Shown one piece after another: positions 19,801 to 29,600 of a stretch of 64,000 nucleotides of DNA (its first letter is position 1; each line of letters begins with the position of its first letter). Location: assembly GCA_025451785.1 (NCBI GenBank), contig JANWJV010000001.1, forward strand, positions 1,136-65,135, written 5' to 3'. The DNA comes from Bacteroidia bacterium. GTDB taxonomy: Bacteria > Bacteroidota > Bacteroidia > JANWJV01. The notes under the pieces were generated by a model. That model was not told the origin of the DNA. It saw nothing but the letters and a program-made list of their open reading frames with translations, and made no database searches. The position numbers were made by a program, and so were the translations under genes.

Positions 19801-21360
19801 CAATAACTTATCGCATTCGGCGATACGGTCGGTGGGATATTTCTCGCCGGGCTTTATGCCGAGCGCTTCGTTGTAGGTCACTTTGGCGCCCGCATAGTCT
19901 TTTCCGTTGAAGGAAAGGTCGGCCTTGGCGATCACCGCCTTGTATCGTTCGTCTTTCAGCTTATCCGCTTCAGCAGCGGCAAGCAAACGGGTGATCTCCG
20001 CCAGGCGGTCCTTAGGATATTGTTCAGAAGGTTTAAGCGTTAGCGCCTCGTTGTACCCTGCTTTGGCAGTACTGTAATCTTTCGCATCGAAGCCTTTATC
20101 TCCCTTCGCAACAGCAGCCTTGTAGGCGTCTTCGAGCTCCTTGTCCTTCGAAAGCTTGGCAAGTATGCCATCGATCTCAATGATCCTGTCGGTAGGATAT
20201 TTCTCACCCGGCTTAATGCCCAGCGCCTCGTTGTAAGCGGCCTTGGCACCCGCATAGTCCTTGCCGTTAAAGGCATTGTCGCCTTTGGTGATCGCATCCT
20301 TGTACTTCTGCTCTTTTGCCTTCTCAGCATCAACAGCGGCCAGCAGCTTGGCGATCTCGGCGATCTTGTCTTTGGGATATTGTTCGTTAGGCTTTATCAG
20401 TAATGCCTGCTCATAGCCCGACTTAGCGAAGGAATAGAGTTTGGTGTTGAAGGATTTGTCAGCATTCGCGATAGCAGCACGGTATTTCTCATCGAGTTCG
20501 CGCTGCTTCTGCTGGTCGGCGAATAGCTTGTCGATCTCGGCGATCTTTTGCTTGGGATAGGCTTCGTTCGGTTTTATTCCAAGCGCTTCGGTATATGCGG
20601 CCTTGGCGCCTGCCCATTCCTTTACGGTCATGTTCTGGTCGCCCCGGGTGATCGCGTCTTTGTACTTCTGCTCCTTTTCCTGGTCGCCTTTCATTGAGGC
20701 GAGCATCTTGTCGCACTCTGCGATCTTTGTCTTGGGATATTGCTCTTCAGGTTTGAAGTTGGTAGCTTCGGTAAAAGCGGCTTTGGCTCCGGTGTAATCC
20801 TTCGCGGCAAACGCTTTGTCACCACGCGCTACCGCGTTCTTGTAATTCTCTTCCGCCGACCTTCTCGATTGTTCTTCGAGTTCCTGTAGTCTGCGCAGGG
20901 CGTCCTGTATCGACTGCGTGTAAGCCTTGTCGTAATCAAAATCTTCTTCGGAGGTTTCGTATTTTACTTTGGCGAGTGGCTGGTTCAAAATGGAGTAATC
21001 AACACCTTTAAGCGCGTCGAATATAGAGATGGTCATGTCCATGCCAGCGAAGCCAGCTTTGCCGCGTTCGTCGGGAACGTTCCTGGTGTTAAAACTGAAT
21101 CGCTTAGTGATGTGCCCTGACTTGGTGACGGTGATCATATAGTCACTGTTAGGCATCAATGTAAAGTCGAATTTTCCGCTGGAAGAAGTTGTGACCTGTT
21201 TTACCATGGAGGAGCCCTGGTAAAGGGTAACGATGGCACCGTCAAGCTTTTTGCCAGCCTTCTCTACCTTTCCGCTTACTTTGAAATCCCAGTCCTGGGC
21301 AACTACGGCAGTGGAAAGCAACAGCAGAAGGCCGGCAAGCATTTTGCCGCACAATTTCAT
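16807..21360 (-). CDS. Large exported protein: N-terminal carboxypeptidase-regulatory-like beta domain, 21 tandem 60-aa TPR-like helical repeats, small C-terminal beta domain
   Basis: Signal peptide MKLCGKMLAGLLLLLSTAVVA-Q (the track start 21429 is probably too long). VSGKV...LDGAIVTL...TSSSGKFDFTL...YMITVTKSGH. Repeat consensus Y..AIAKAD.AF..KDY..AK..Y.EALG.KP.EKYPKDKIAEIDKLL. Confidence 0.9.
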   Translation of the reverse strand: MKLCGKMLAGLLLLLSTAVVAQDWDFKVSGKVEKAGKKLDGAIVTLYQGSSMVKQVTTSSSGKFDFTLMPNSDYMITVTKSGHITKRFSFNTRNVPDERGKAGFAGMDMTISIFDALKGVDYSILNQPLAKVKYETSEEDFDYDKAYTQSIQDALRRLQELEEQSRRSAEENYKNAVARGDKAFAAKDYTGAKAAFTEATNFKPEEQYPKTKIAECDKMLASMKGDQEKEQKYKDAITRGDQNMTVKEWAGAKAAYTEALGIKPNEAYPKQKIAEIDKLFADQQKQRELDEKYRAAIANADKSFNTKLYSFAKSGYEQALLIKPNEQYPKDKIAEIAKLLAAVDAEKAKEQKYKDAITKGDNAFNGKDYAGAKAAYNEALGIKPGEKYPTDRIIEIDGILAKLSKDKELEDAYKAAVAKGDKGFDAKDYSTAKAGYNEALTLKPSEQYPKDRLAEITRLLAAAEADKLKDERYKAVIAKADLSFNGKDYAGAKVTYNEALGIKPGEKYPTDRIAECDKLLGDIAKAKEADVKYKEAIVKADNSFKAKEYLAAKTFYTEAMGFKPEEKYPRDRIAECDRLMGDLAKKKELDEKYNAAIAKADQAFAGKDYQGAKGSYNEALGIKPAEAYPKQKIAEIDKLLADMAKTKDLEEKYKQAIEKGDKGFGAQDYTTAKAAYNEALGYKSAEKYPKDKIAEIDRLLAEQAKNAKDKELNEKYNAAIAKADAAFTAADYSAAKTSYNAALGFKPAEKYPKDKLAEIDRILTDAAKNKQLEDRYNAAIAKGDKGFAAKDYGTAKIGYNEALAVKPGEQYPKDKLAEIDKILGDMAKGKEREKNYLAAITKADAAFKAKDYNGAKGSYTEAQGIKPEEKYPADRIAECDRLLAELAKGKEAEQKYNDAIARGDKAFGAKDYENAKTAYNDALGVKPAEVYPKNKIYEIDKILADIAKNKDLEERYKNAIAKADATFASKEYNMAKAGYTEAASIKPAEKYPKDKLAEIDRLLAELAKTKDLEQKYQNAIAKGDKGFGSQDYTSAKAAYNEALGYKPSEKYPKDKLAEIEKLMAEKDRLAKEKELNDKYNAAIARGDAAFGTQDYVSAKTAYTDALGLKPAEKYPKDKLAEVDKLLAALNKGKELENAYKAAIAKADKAFDAKDYTSAKGGYSEASGLKPAEKYPKDRLKEIEKLLADMAKNNELMKKYNEIIARADQAFTLKDYPKARNTYTEALGVKPDEKYPKDKIAEIDKLVGDMAKDKELQAKYNDAIARADKAFTAKDYEGARPLYSEASSYKPNEQYPKDRMKEIDGILDRYAKDHEADQKYNDAMARADKAFGIKDYAGAKSAYTEALNFKPNEKYPKAKIAEIDKILDAQARGAENDKKFQEAIEKADKLFADKEYRVARVAYSDALTIKPSEKYPKDRIKEIDELLKKVGSATTVADGKAEDERKKAFMNALLAKYGPGVTEETQDEPNCKVIRRIVVKDNEANVYTKKIWNWGGTYYFKNDVSISDYTFEAETKSK
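17060..20853 (-). repeat. Coding tandem repeat, 21 units of ~180 bp
   Basis: Units counted by eye in the translation: most are 60 aa, and units 9 and 15 are 63 aa. Confidence 0.9.
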
Positions 21361-21558
21361 CCCGACATTTTTCAGAGGCACACCCAATGGGTTGAGGGTG
21401 ATGCCACGATCCGGCCTTTGAAAGCTCATAAACTGTCCGCTAGAAAAGTTTTTTCACAAGTTAGCAAATATCGTAAAATAATGCCAAGTTTGATACTTTT
21501 GACGCTTATTTTAATTCCGGGTTTAATTGACATTATTTCCCGTCTTTTACGGTAAACT

Positions 21559-22689
21559 ATGAACTGGAGTTTTTGGGAATACGAAACATTTTTCAACAAA
21601 ATCGACGTTGCTGTTGTTGGTAGCGGACTGGTAGGCCTTAACGCCGCGCTTAGCCTGAAGCTGCAACAACCGAAACTGAATGTGCTCGTGCTTGAACGAG
21701 GAATACTCCCATCGGGAGCAAGTACCAAGAACGCAGGGTTCGCCTGCTTCGGAAGTCCCTCCGAATTACTGGATGACCTTGGTCGTGGCAGCGAGGAAAA
21801 AGTATTTGCGCTTGTTGAAAAAAGGTGGAAAGGCCTTCGCCGTTTAAGAAGGATCCTTGGTGATAAGGCCATTGCCTACGAAGGCTTTGGTGGATTCGAG
21901 GTTTTTACTGATAATGAGCTGTATGGTGCTTGTGAAGAGAACATTGATCTTCTCAACAAAAACCTTCGAAAAGTAACAGGCATTCCAGCGGTATATCGTA
22001 AGGCAGACGGGGCCATAAAAAAGTTTGGCTTGAAAGGGGTGGGTCACATCATTGAGAACACCGCCGAGGGTCAGATAGATACCGGTAAAATGATGCGCGC
22101 CCTGATATCGAAAGTTCAAAGCAAAGGCATCACGATCCTGAACGGTTTTCCTGTGAAAGAGATACGCGATACAGGAAGTTACGCTGAGATAGAGGCGGAA
22201 GACGGCTTTGTTTTTCGCTGTGGAAAAGTGCTGGTGGCTACCAATGGTTTCGCGAAACAATTACTTCCCTCCTACCCTGTTCAGCCGGCGCGTGCGCAGG
22301 TGCTCATTACCTCACCGCTTAAAAGCCTGAAGCTGAAAGGCACTTTTCATATGGACAGAGGTTATTATTATTTCCGTAATGTGGGCAGGCGTGTGCTGCT
22401 TGGCGGAGGGCGGAACCTTGACTTCGAAGGAGAGGAAACATTTGAAGCGGGTTTGACGGAAAGGATACAAAAGAGCCTCGAGGAATTATTGGCAACTGTT
22501 ATTCTCCCCGGGGAGAAGTTCGAGATAGAGCGCCGCTGGAGCGGGATCATGGGACTCGGCGGCGAAAAATCATACATCGCGAAAGCGGCTTCTAAGAACG
22601 TTTTTGTAGCTGTACGCATGGGCGGAATGGGCGTCGCCATCGGCAGCCTGGTGGGTGAAGAGGCCGCTGGCCTGGTATTGAACTCCTGA
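21559..22689 (+). CDS. FAD-dependent oxidoreductase (DAO/PuuB-like family)
   Basis: VVGSGLVG Rossmann motif, GASTKNAGF, VATNGF, YYYFR, WSGIMG, GGMGVA.G. Confidence 0.88.
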   Translation: MNWSFWEYETFFNKIDVAVVGSGLVGLNAALSLKLQQPKLNVLVLERGILPSGASTKNAGFACFGSPSELLDDLGRGSEEKVFALVEKRWKGLRRLRRILGDKAIAYEGFGGFEVFTDNELYGACEENIDLLNKNLRKVTGIPAVYRKADGAIKKFGLKGVGHIIENTAEGQIDTGKMMRALISKVQSKGITILNGFPVKEIRDTGSYAEIEAEDGFVFRCGKVLVATNGFAKQLLPSYPVQPARAQVLITSPLKSLKLKGTFHMDRGYYYFRNVGRRVLLGGGRNLDFEGEETFEAGLTERIQKSLEELLATVILPGEKFEIERRWSGIMGLGGEKSYIAKAASKNVFVAVRMGGMGVAIGSLVGEEAAGLVLNS

Positions 22690-22735
22690 AAACACCCCTT
22701 AAATCAAGCAATTTAGAGGCCTTCTGAAGTCCGTT

Positions 22736-22759
22736 TTTTGAACATTTTGATGTTCAAAA
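22736..22759. promoter_or_regulatory. Operator-like perfect inverted repeat upstream of the adhesin operon
   Basis: TTTTGAACAT-tttg-ATGTTCAAAA, 10-bp arms. Confidence 0.45.
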
Positions 22760-22865
22760 TTTAATTTCCCCTCTGAGCAACCTTTCCAGGGGTTTTTTTG
22801 TCTGATAATGAGCTTGTTAATGTTCATTTTTTTGCTCAAATTTGCTTGTTTTAAAGCCCCTGTTA

Positions 22866-25800
22866 ATGCACAAAGCGATCCCCGTTAAATTTTGCCTGTT
22901 TTTTTTATTGCTTTTTGCTGCCCGGTCCAGTGCCCAATTCAACCAATGGACCTGGATGGCTGGCGACAATCTTACCAACCAGGCAGGGGTATACGGAACA
23001 CAGGGTGTTGGCAATGCCGCTAACAAACCCAGCGCCCGTTATGAAGGCGGCGGCGAATGGATAGACCTGCAAGGAAACTTCTGGCATTTTGGCGGTGGCG
23101 GTTTTGCTTCTTCCCGCAGCGATCTCTGGAAATACGATCCCAATACGAATATCTGGACCTGGATGAAAGGCCCTACTACTCCCGCGGTGCCCGGTGTTTA
23201 CGGCACTATGGGTGTGGCCAACATTGCTAACTGCCCGGGGGGACGAGCTTTCGCCTCTCTCACTTGGGTGGACCTGGCAGGAAACTTCTGGCTGTTCGGC
23301 GGTTCGGGCTATAACAACACTTCCACTTCAGGCCGCCTCAGCGATCTTTGGAAATACGATCCTATCACTAACATGTGGACCTGGATGAACGGCCCTATGA
23401 CGGTGAACACGCAAGGTGTTTACGGTACCAAGGGAGTTGCCAGCGCTGCCAACCGCCCCGGAGGGCGTGATGAAACAGATGCTGCCTGGGTAGATGCCCA
23501 GGGCAATTTCTGGATCTTTGGTGGTTACGGTTACGATGGTGTTGGTGGCTTCGGCTGTTTGAACGACCTCTGGAAATACGATCCCATCACCAACCAATGG
23601 ACCTGGGTGAGCGGCGATAACCTTGCCAACCAGGTGGCGGTTTACGGCACCAAGGGAATTGCCAACGCGGCAAACAAGCCTGACGGCCGTATGCAATACG
23701 CAAGCTGGAAAGATAACGCCGGCAACTTCTGGATCTTCGGCTCCAGGGGCGGAAGCGCGTTTACCCAACACGATGATCTTTGGAAATACGATCCTGTTAC
23801 GAACATGTGGACCTGGATGAAGGGCGCCGCGGGAGCGGGAAATGCTTCTGGCACCTACGGCACCAAGTGTGTTGACGGACCTAACAACAATCCTCCCGCA
23901 CTCTATGAGAACCGCTGCCGCTGGGAAGATGATTGCGGCAATCTCTGGCTTTGGGGCGGCAACAGTCACAACGATCTTTGGCGATACAGTCAGACTACGG
24001 GCAACTGGACCTGGGTGAGCGGTTCGAACCTTACGGGGCAGGCAGGTGTATATGGCACCAAGGGCGTTTCGAACGCCACCAATATGCCGGGCGCGCGCTG
24101 CGGCAATCTGCCCTTCAGGAGGAAGAACACCAATGAACTTTGGTTCTTCGGCGGCGGCCTTCCTGGTGACTTCAATGATTTCTGGAAATACGTTCCCGAT
24201 AAACCTGTGGCGTCTTTTACTTTTAATCCCAACAACGCCTGCGCGCCTATCGCGGTGGCATTTACTAATACAAGCACGCCCGGTTGTAACGAAATAAAAT
24301 CATCAGCATGGAACTTCGGTGATCCGGGCTCGGGCGCCAACAACGTTTCAACGCTTACCAATCCCAATCATACGTTCAACACACCCGGCAGCTATACGGT
24401 TAAGCTGGTGGTGACGAATTGCACCGGCAGTAAAGATTCTACCACCGCTATTGTTACAGTAACCTCCTGCGGTTTCGTGGTGAATGCCACCGGCTCGAAC
24501 ATTTGTTCCGGTTCTTGCGGATCGGTGACCACCACCTGCCTTGCAGGAACATCGCCTTACACCTATTCCTGGAATACAGGTGCCACTACTTCGAACATCA
24601 ATCCCTGCCCTACTGTTACTACGATCTACACGGTGGTGGTCACTGACGCCAACGCCGCCACCGCTTCGGCAACGGCGCAGGTAACGGTGAGCCCGCCCAT
24701 GACACTGGGAACAAATACTGTTGATGTAAAATGCAACGGAGGCTTTACAGGTTCAGCTACGGTAAGCAGCATCACAGGCGGTACTTCGCCCTACACCTAT
24801 TCCTGGGCGGGAGGTTTTGGGACCACAGGCTTCGCTACGGGATTATCGGCGGGAAATTATTCCATCACGATCACCGACTCGTTCGGGTGTACCAAAACGG
24901 CCGGCTTTGTTGTGAACCAGCCCACCGCGCTAGTGCTCAACCCAGGATCGGCAGCGGTGCTATGTAACGGCGGCAGTACCGGGTCCGCTTCCGTAACGGC
25001 AAGCGGTGGAACCACTTCGTACACCTACGCCTGGAACAACGGACAAACAAACGCTAACGCTACGGGCCTCAGTGCAGGTACCTATACAGTAACTGTTACT
25101 GACGCGAATGCATGTACCAAGTCGGTGACGGTTTCCGTAACGCAGCCCACGGCTATCATAACGACCACTACTGTAACCGCTTCTACTTGTACTTTGGGCG
25201 GCACCGCCACAGCTAGCAGCGGCGGCGGAACAGGAGTGTATTCGTATTTGTGGAGCAACGGACAAACAACGCAAACAGCTACGGGTCTTGCTATAGGAAA
25301 TTACACCGTTACAGTCAGTGACGCGAACAACTGTACCCAAACAGCAACAGCTTCTATCATTGGAACCTCAGGTCCTACTGCCGGTATAAGTATTGCGAAC
25401 AATCTGAAATGCTTTAACGATAACAGTGGTAGTACTACTGTAACAGCTACCGGTGGTACCGGTTCCTATACTTATTCCTGGAACAACGGACAAACAAACG
25501 CGAATGCTACGGGCCTTAACGCTGGAAGCTATACGGTGACCGTTACCGATAACAATGGCTGTACCTTCACGGTGAGCGTAGCGCTTACCGAACCGGCGGT
25601 TCTGGTGGCCACCGCTACCGGCGCCAATGCCTGCCAGAACGCTACCGCAAATGGAAACGCGGTTGGCGGAACGGTAAACTATAATTACCTCTGGAGCAAC
25701 GGCCAGGCAACACAAAATGCCACCGGCCTTTCCACGGGCGTTTACACTCTTACTGTTACTGACGCTAATGGATGTACCGCTACTGATACCGCGGTGGTGA

Positions 25801-26603
25801 ACATCAGCCCTCCCCCGATCATTGTGTTTACTGTTGATGATTCGGCGGGCTGTGTAGCGCTCTGTGTCAACTTCACTTGTAACACTGCTAACATCGTTGC
25901 TTATACCTGGGATTTTGGTGATGGCAGCACTATTGTTACCGGAACAATAAATACCCAGGCGCATTGCTATAAACAAACAGGGACATTCAGTGTAACGCTT
26001 ACGGTGACCGATAACAAAGGCTGCACGGCGACCTTGACAAAGAACAATATGATCTTTGTTTATCCCAATGTGGTAGCCGCCTTTAACGCGTCGCCACAAC
26101 CTACAACTATTCTCAATCCCATTATTACGTTCACCGACCAGAGCACCGGCGGTCCGAATACCTGGAGCTGGACCTTCTTTGACGATGGAGCAACAAGCGC
26201 TCTTCAAAACCCTAAACACGCCTACAAGGACAGCGGCTGCTTTAACGTGGAACTCATTGCCAATAACCAATACAATTGTCCTGACACGGTGAGTGAACAG
26301 GTATGTATACAGGGTGATTACGAATTATACGCGCCCAACGCGTTCACTCCCGATGGCAGTGGGCTGAACGATGTGTGGAATGTGAAGGGCATCGGTATCG
26401 ACCCGAACAATTTTAAGCTTTGGATCTTCGACCGCTGGGGAGATCTTATTTACGAAACCTCGGACCTTTACAAAGGCTGGGATGGACGTGCCAATGGCGG
26501 CAAGGACATCGCGCAGCAGGATGTGTATGTGTGGAAGGTGGCGACGAAGGATTTCCAGGGAGGAAAGCATTCTTACATCGGACATATTAACCTCGTTAGA
26601 TAA
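22866..26603 (+). CDS. T9SS type-B CTD (gliding motility-associated C-terminal domain) protein A1: six-blade Kelch-like head, PKD, SprB-type repeats, PKD, CTD
   Basis: Signal peptide (RSSA-Q), six WTW..G...GVYGT.G...P..R....W.D..GNFW.FGG...DLWKYDP repeats, WNFGD PKD motif, GGT..YTYSWNNG...YTVTVTDAN.C repeats, APNAFTPDGSGLND...IFDRWG...GWDG...QDVYVW...GHINLVR. Confidence 0.92.
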   Translation: MHKAIPVKFCLFFLLLFAARSSAQFNQWTWMAGDNLTNQAGVYGTQGVGNAANKPSARYEGGGEWIDLQGNFWHFGGGGFASSRSDLWKYDPNTNIWTWMKGPTTPAVPGVYGTMGVANIANCPGGRAFASLTWVDLAGNFWLFGGSGYNNTSTSGRLSDLWKYDPITNMWTWMNGPMTVNTQGVYGTKGVASAANRPGGRDETDAAWVDAQGNFWIFGGYGYDGVGGFGCLNDLWKYDPITNQWTWVSGDNLANQVAVYGTKGIANAANKPDGRMQYASWKDNAGNFWIFGSRGGSAFTQHDDLWKYDPVTNMWTWMKGAAGAGNASGTYGTKCVDGPNNNPPALYENRCRWEDDCGNLWLWGGNSHNDLWRYSQTTGNWTWVSGSNLTGQAGVYGTKGVSNATNMPGARCGNLPFRRKNTNELWFFGGGLPGDFNDFWKYVPDKPVASFTFNPNNACAPIAVAFTNTSTPGCNEIKSSAWNFGDPGSGANNVSTLTNPNHTFNTPGSYTVKLVVTNCTGSKDSTTAIVTVTSCGFVVNATGSNICSGSCGSVTTTCLAGTSPYTYSWNTGATTSNINPCPTVTTIYTVVVTDANAATASATAQVTVSPPMTLGTNTVDVKCNGGFTGSATVSSITGGTSPYTYSWAGGFGTTGFATGLSAGNYSITITDSFGCTKTAGFVVNQPTALVLNPGSAAVLCNGGSTGSASVTASGGTTSYTYAWNNGQTNANATGLSAGTYTVTVTDANACTKSVTVSVTQPTAIITTTTVTASTCTLGGTATASSGGGTGVYSYLWSNGQTTQTATGLAIGNYTVTVSDANNCTQTATASIIGTSGPTAGISIANNLKCFNDNSGSTTVTATGGTGSYTYSWNNGQTNANATGLNAGSYTVTVTDNNGCTFTVSVALTEPAVLVATATGANACQNATANGNAVGGTVNYNYLWSNGQATQNATGLSTGVYTLTVTDANGCTATDTAVVNISPPPIIVFTVDDSAGCVALCVNFTCNTANIVAYTWDFGDGSTIVTGTINTQAHCYKQTGTFSVTLTVTDNKGCTATLTKNNMIFVYPNVVAAFNASPQPTTILNPIITFTDQSTGGPNTWSWTFFDDGATSALQNPKHAYKDSGCFNVELIANNQYNCPDTVSEQVCIQGDYELYAPNAFTPDGSGLNDVWNVKGIGIDPNNFKLWIFDRWGDLIYETSDLYKGWDGRANGGKDIAQQDVYVWKVATKDFQGGKHSYIGHINLVR

Positions 26604-26613
26604 TAACCAATAA

Positions 26614-29600
26614 ATGAAAAACGCCCTTTCAATTCTTATCGCTTTGTTCTTGCTCCTAAAGGCGGACGCCCAGTCGGCACCCGGAGGCTGGACGACTGAT
26701 CCTTTCAGGCAGCATGCTTTCATTGAGAACAAAGGACAGTTCGATGGCAAAGACAAGCGCAGGAACAGCGAGATCATGTACGGTGTCTCCAATGATGGCG
26801 TTGATATTTATTTTACGAAGGAAGGAATTACCTGGAGGCATGACCGGTCAGAAAGGGAAGAAAAGAAAATGCTTCCGATCATTGGAGGGAAAATAGAGGA
26901 AGAAGAGGAAAAAATAGAGCTCATCGCCCACATGGCCCATATGAACTGGGAAGGCGCCGACGCTAATGTAAAGATCATCGCGAGCGATCCCATTACCTCC
27001 TACTACACCTATCCTGACCTTAGTGATCGTTCTGGAAATAAAACGCTCAAGGCTTTTGCTTATAAGAAGATCAGGTATCAAAACCTTTACCCGGGTATTG
27101 ATGTTGAGTTCGTGGTTCACGAAAAGAGCGGGGTAAAATACAGTCTCCATCTCCAGCCAGGCGCCAATGCTTCGCTGGTAAAGATGATCTACAAAGGGAT
27201 AGAGGGAATATCAAAGGACGCGGAAGGGAATATTCGTGTTAGTACCCGATTCGGTGAACTGGTTGACCATGCTCCTTCCAGTTTTTACCAGGGTGGAAAA
27301 GGTATCATTTCTTCTTTTGAGTTGAAGGGGTCATCGGTAAGTTTTAAAATGGGAACCTACGATCATTCCAAAAGCGTGGTGATCGATCCCTGGCTTGCGA
27401 ACCCGAATTACACTGGCTTTAACTCCGCTTACGACGTTAACTTCGACGTGGCGGGTAACGTATATGCCTGCGGCTCTTACAATCCTTTCAAACTGGTAAA
27501 GGTCAATAACGCCGGCGCGGTGCAATGGACCTTCAACGCGGCTCAGATCAACGCGACCTATTACGGTGATTTCGCTACAGACGAGGGGACGGGTACCTGC
27601 TACATAGTGGAGGGCCTCAACAACGGACAGGGCTCCAACATTCTTAAAGTAAACAACCAGGGAATACAAACAGCGAAGTTCAACGGCAATACCCAGATCA
27701 CAGAGATGTGGCGCTGCGAGTACAACCGCTGCATCAAGAAGATCGTTATTGCGGGCGGCGGTGTGAGCTTTACCTTCCAGGCGGCGATGATGGATACTTC
27801 TATGTCGACACTCACTCCTGTGAACGTACTTTCCACCAATAAGACCTTTCGCGATATGGCTTTGCTGGGCATCGATAACAACAGCAATTTCTGTTACATG
27901 AGCACCACCAAATCGGTGAGCGCGCCTACCATCGCCGATGACAATATCCTCATCAAGTGTCCTATTCCCGCGCTGATACCACTGGGTTTCGCGATACGCA
28001 CCTTTCATCGCATCGGAGAGATGGGCAGCGTTTGTTATGTGAACAATATGGTGCCGAACGGCAACGCGCCGGCGGTTGGGTTTAACGGGCTTACAGTAAG
28101 CCCTACCGGTGTTTATACTTATGACAGCGATTCGGTGAAACGCTGGAACAAAAATACCGGCGCATTGCTCGCTGCGATCGATGCTTCTGCCACTGCTCCC
28201 ATCTACGCGGGTTATACCGGCAGTGAGATACAGGTAAAATGGGGCGGCATTTGGGCCGATGAGTGCGATAACCTTTACGTGGGTGTTGATAAGGCGATCA
28301 AGTGTTATAACAGTAACCTTACCCTTACAAATACGATCGCGCTTTCGAACACAGTGTTCGATGTGAAGCTGGGGGTCAATAACAAGCTCTACGCTTGCGG
28401 TGTGGGCTTTGTGCAGGAGATCGCTGTAACACCATTGAATAAGACAATTACAATGAGCGCTACTCCTTCTACCGGTTGCAGCGGTTGCAGCGGTACGGCT
28501 ACGGCAAACATCACTTGCGGCAACGGTAACCTTTCGGGATACGGTTATAGCTGGTCGCCGGGCGGACAGTCGACACAAACGGCTACTGCCCTTTGCGCGG
28601 GTATCTATACGGTAACCGTTACCAGCTATTGTGTGAACTCCATGAGCGCTACCGTGCAGGTAACAGGCGGCAGCGGCAGCGGTCTTGTTGTTGCCGGCAG
28701 TACCATTGGCGGCGGCTGCGGATCACTGGGAAGCGCTTCAGCGACTTCTTCGAGCGGTACCGGCCCTTATACTTACAGTTGGAATCCCACAGGACAAAAT
28801 ACGCAGACGGCCACCGGGCTTACGAACGGAACTTATACGGTTACTATTACCGATGCTAATGGTTGCAGCGGAACCACTTCGATCAACGTGACCAACAATG
28901 GAAGTCTTACCGCGAACACCACATTCTCTAATGTGCTGTGTAATGGCGGCGTTAACGGCACCGCATCAGTTACAGCAAGCGGCGGGAGCGGTACCATGAC
29001 CTATTCCTGGAGCAACGGGCAAACAAACCAAACGGCGACTGGACTTGGTTCGGGAACCTACACTGTTACGGTAACCGATAATAGCGGCTGCAGTACCAGC
29101 AAAACAATAAGTGTAACGCAGCCTGCAGCGCTCGCGCTTAACCAGGGCCAGGTGAATGCCGGTTGTAATACCACAGGCAGCGCTTCGGTGACAGCAAGCG
29201 GCGGTACAGGCGCATTCACATATTCATGGAACAACGGACAAACCTCGCAAACGGCAACCGGCCTTGCCGCGGGCAGCTATACGGTTACAGTTACTGACAA
29301 TAACGGCTGCAGCACAACGGCAGCCTATACTATAACGGGCGGCGTGGGCCCTACTATCAGCGGTGTGAACCCAACGAACGTATTGTGTAACGGCGGCACG
29401 AATGGCTCCGCTACCGCTACCGGCACAGGTGGCACAGGCACCCTCACCTACTCCTGGAGTAACGGACAAGCCACATCAAATGCTACTGGTCTTACGGCGG
29501 GAACGTATACTGTTACTGTGACCGATAACAATGGCTGCAGCACCACCACTACTGTGATCGTTACCGAACCTCCTGTTCTTACGGTGAATGCCAACGGAAC

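Noticed and set aside
17060..20853. Regular 180-bp periodicity as a possible CRISPR array or non-coding satellite
   Set aside because: The repeats are degenerate at synonymous positions, lie in one open frame and have no repeat-spacer structure. No cas genes are present.
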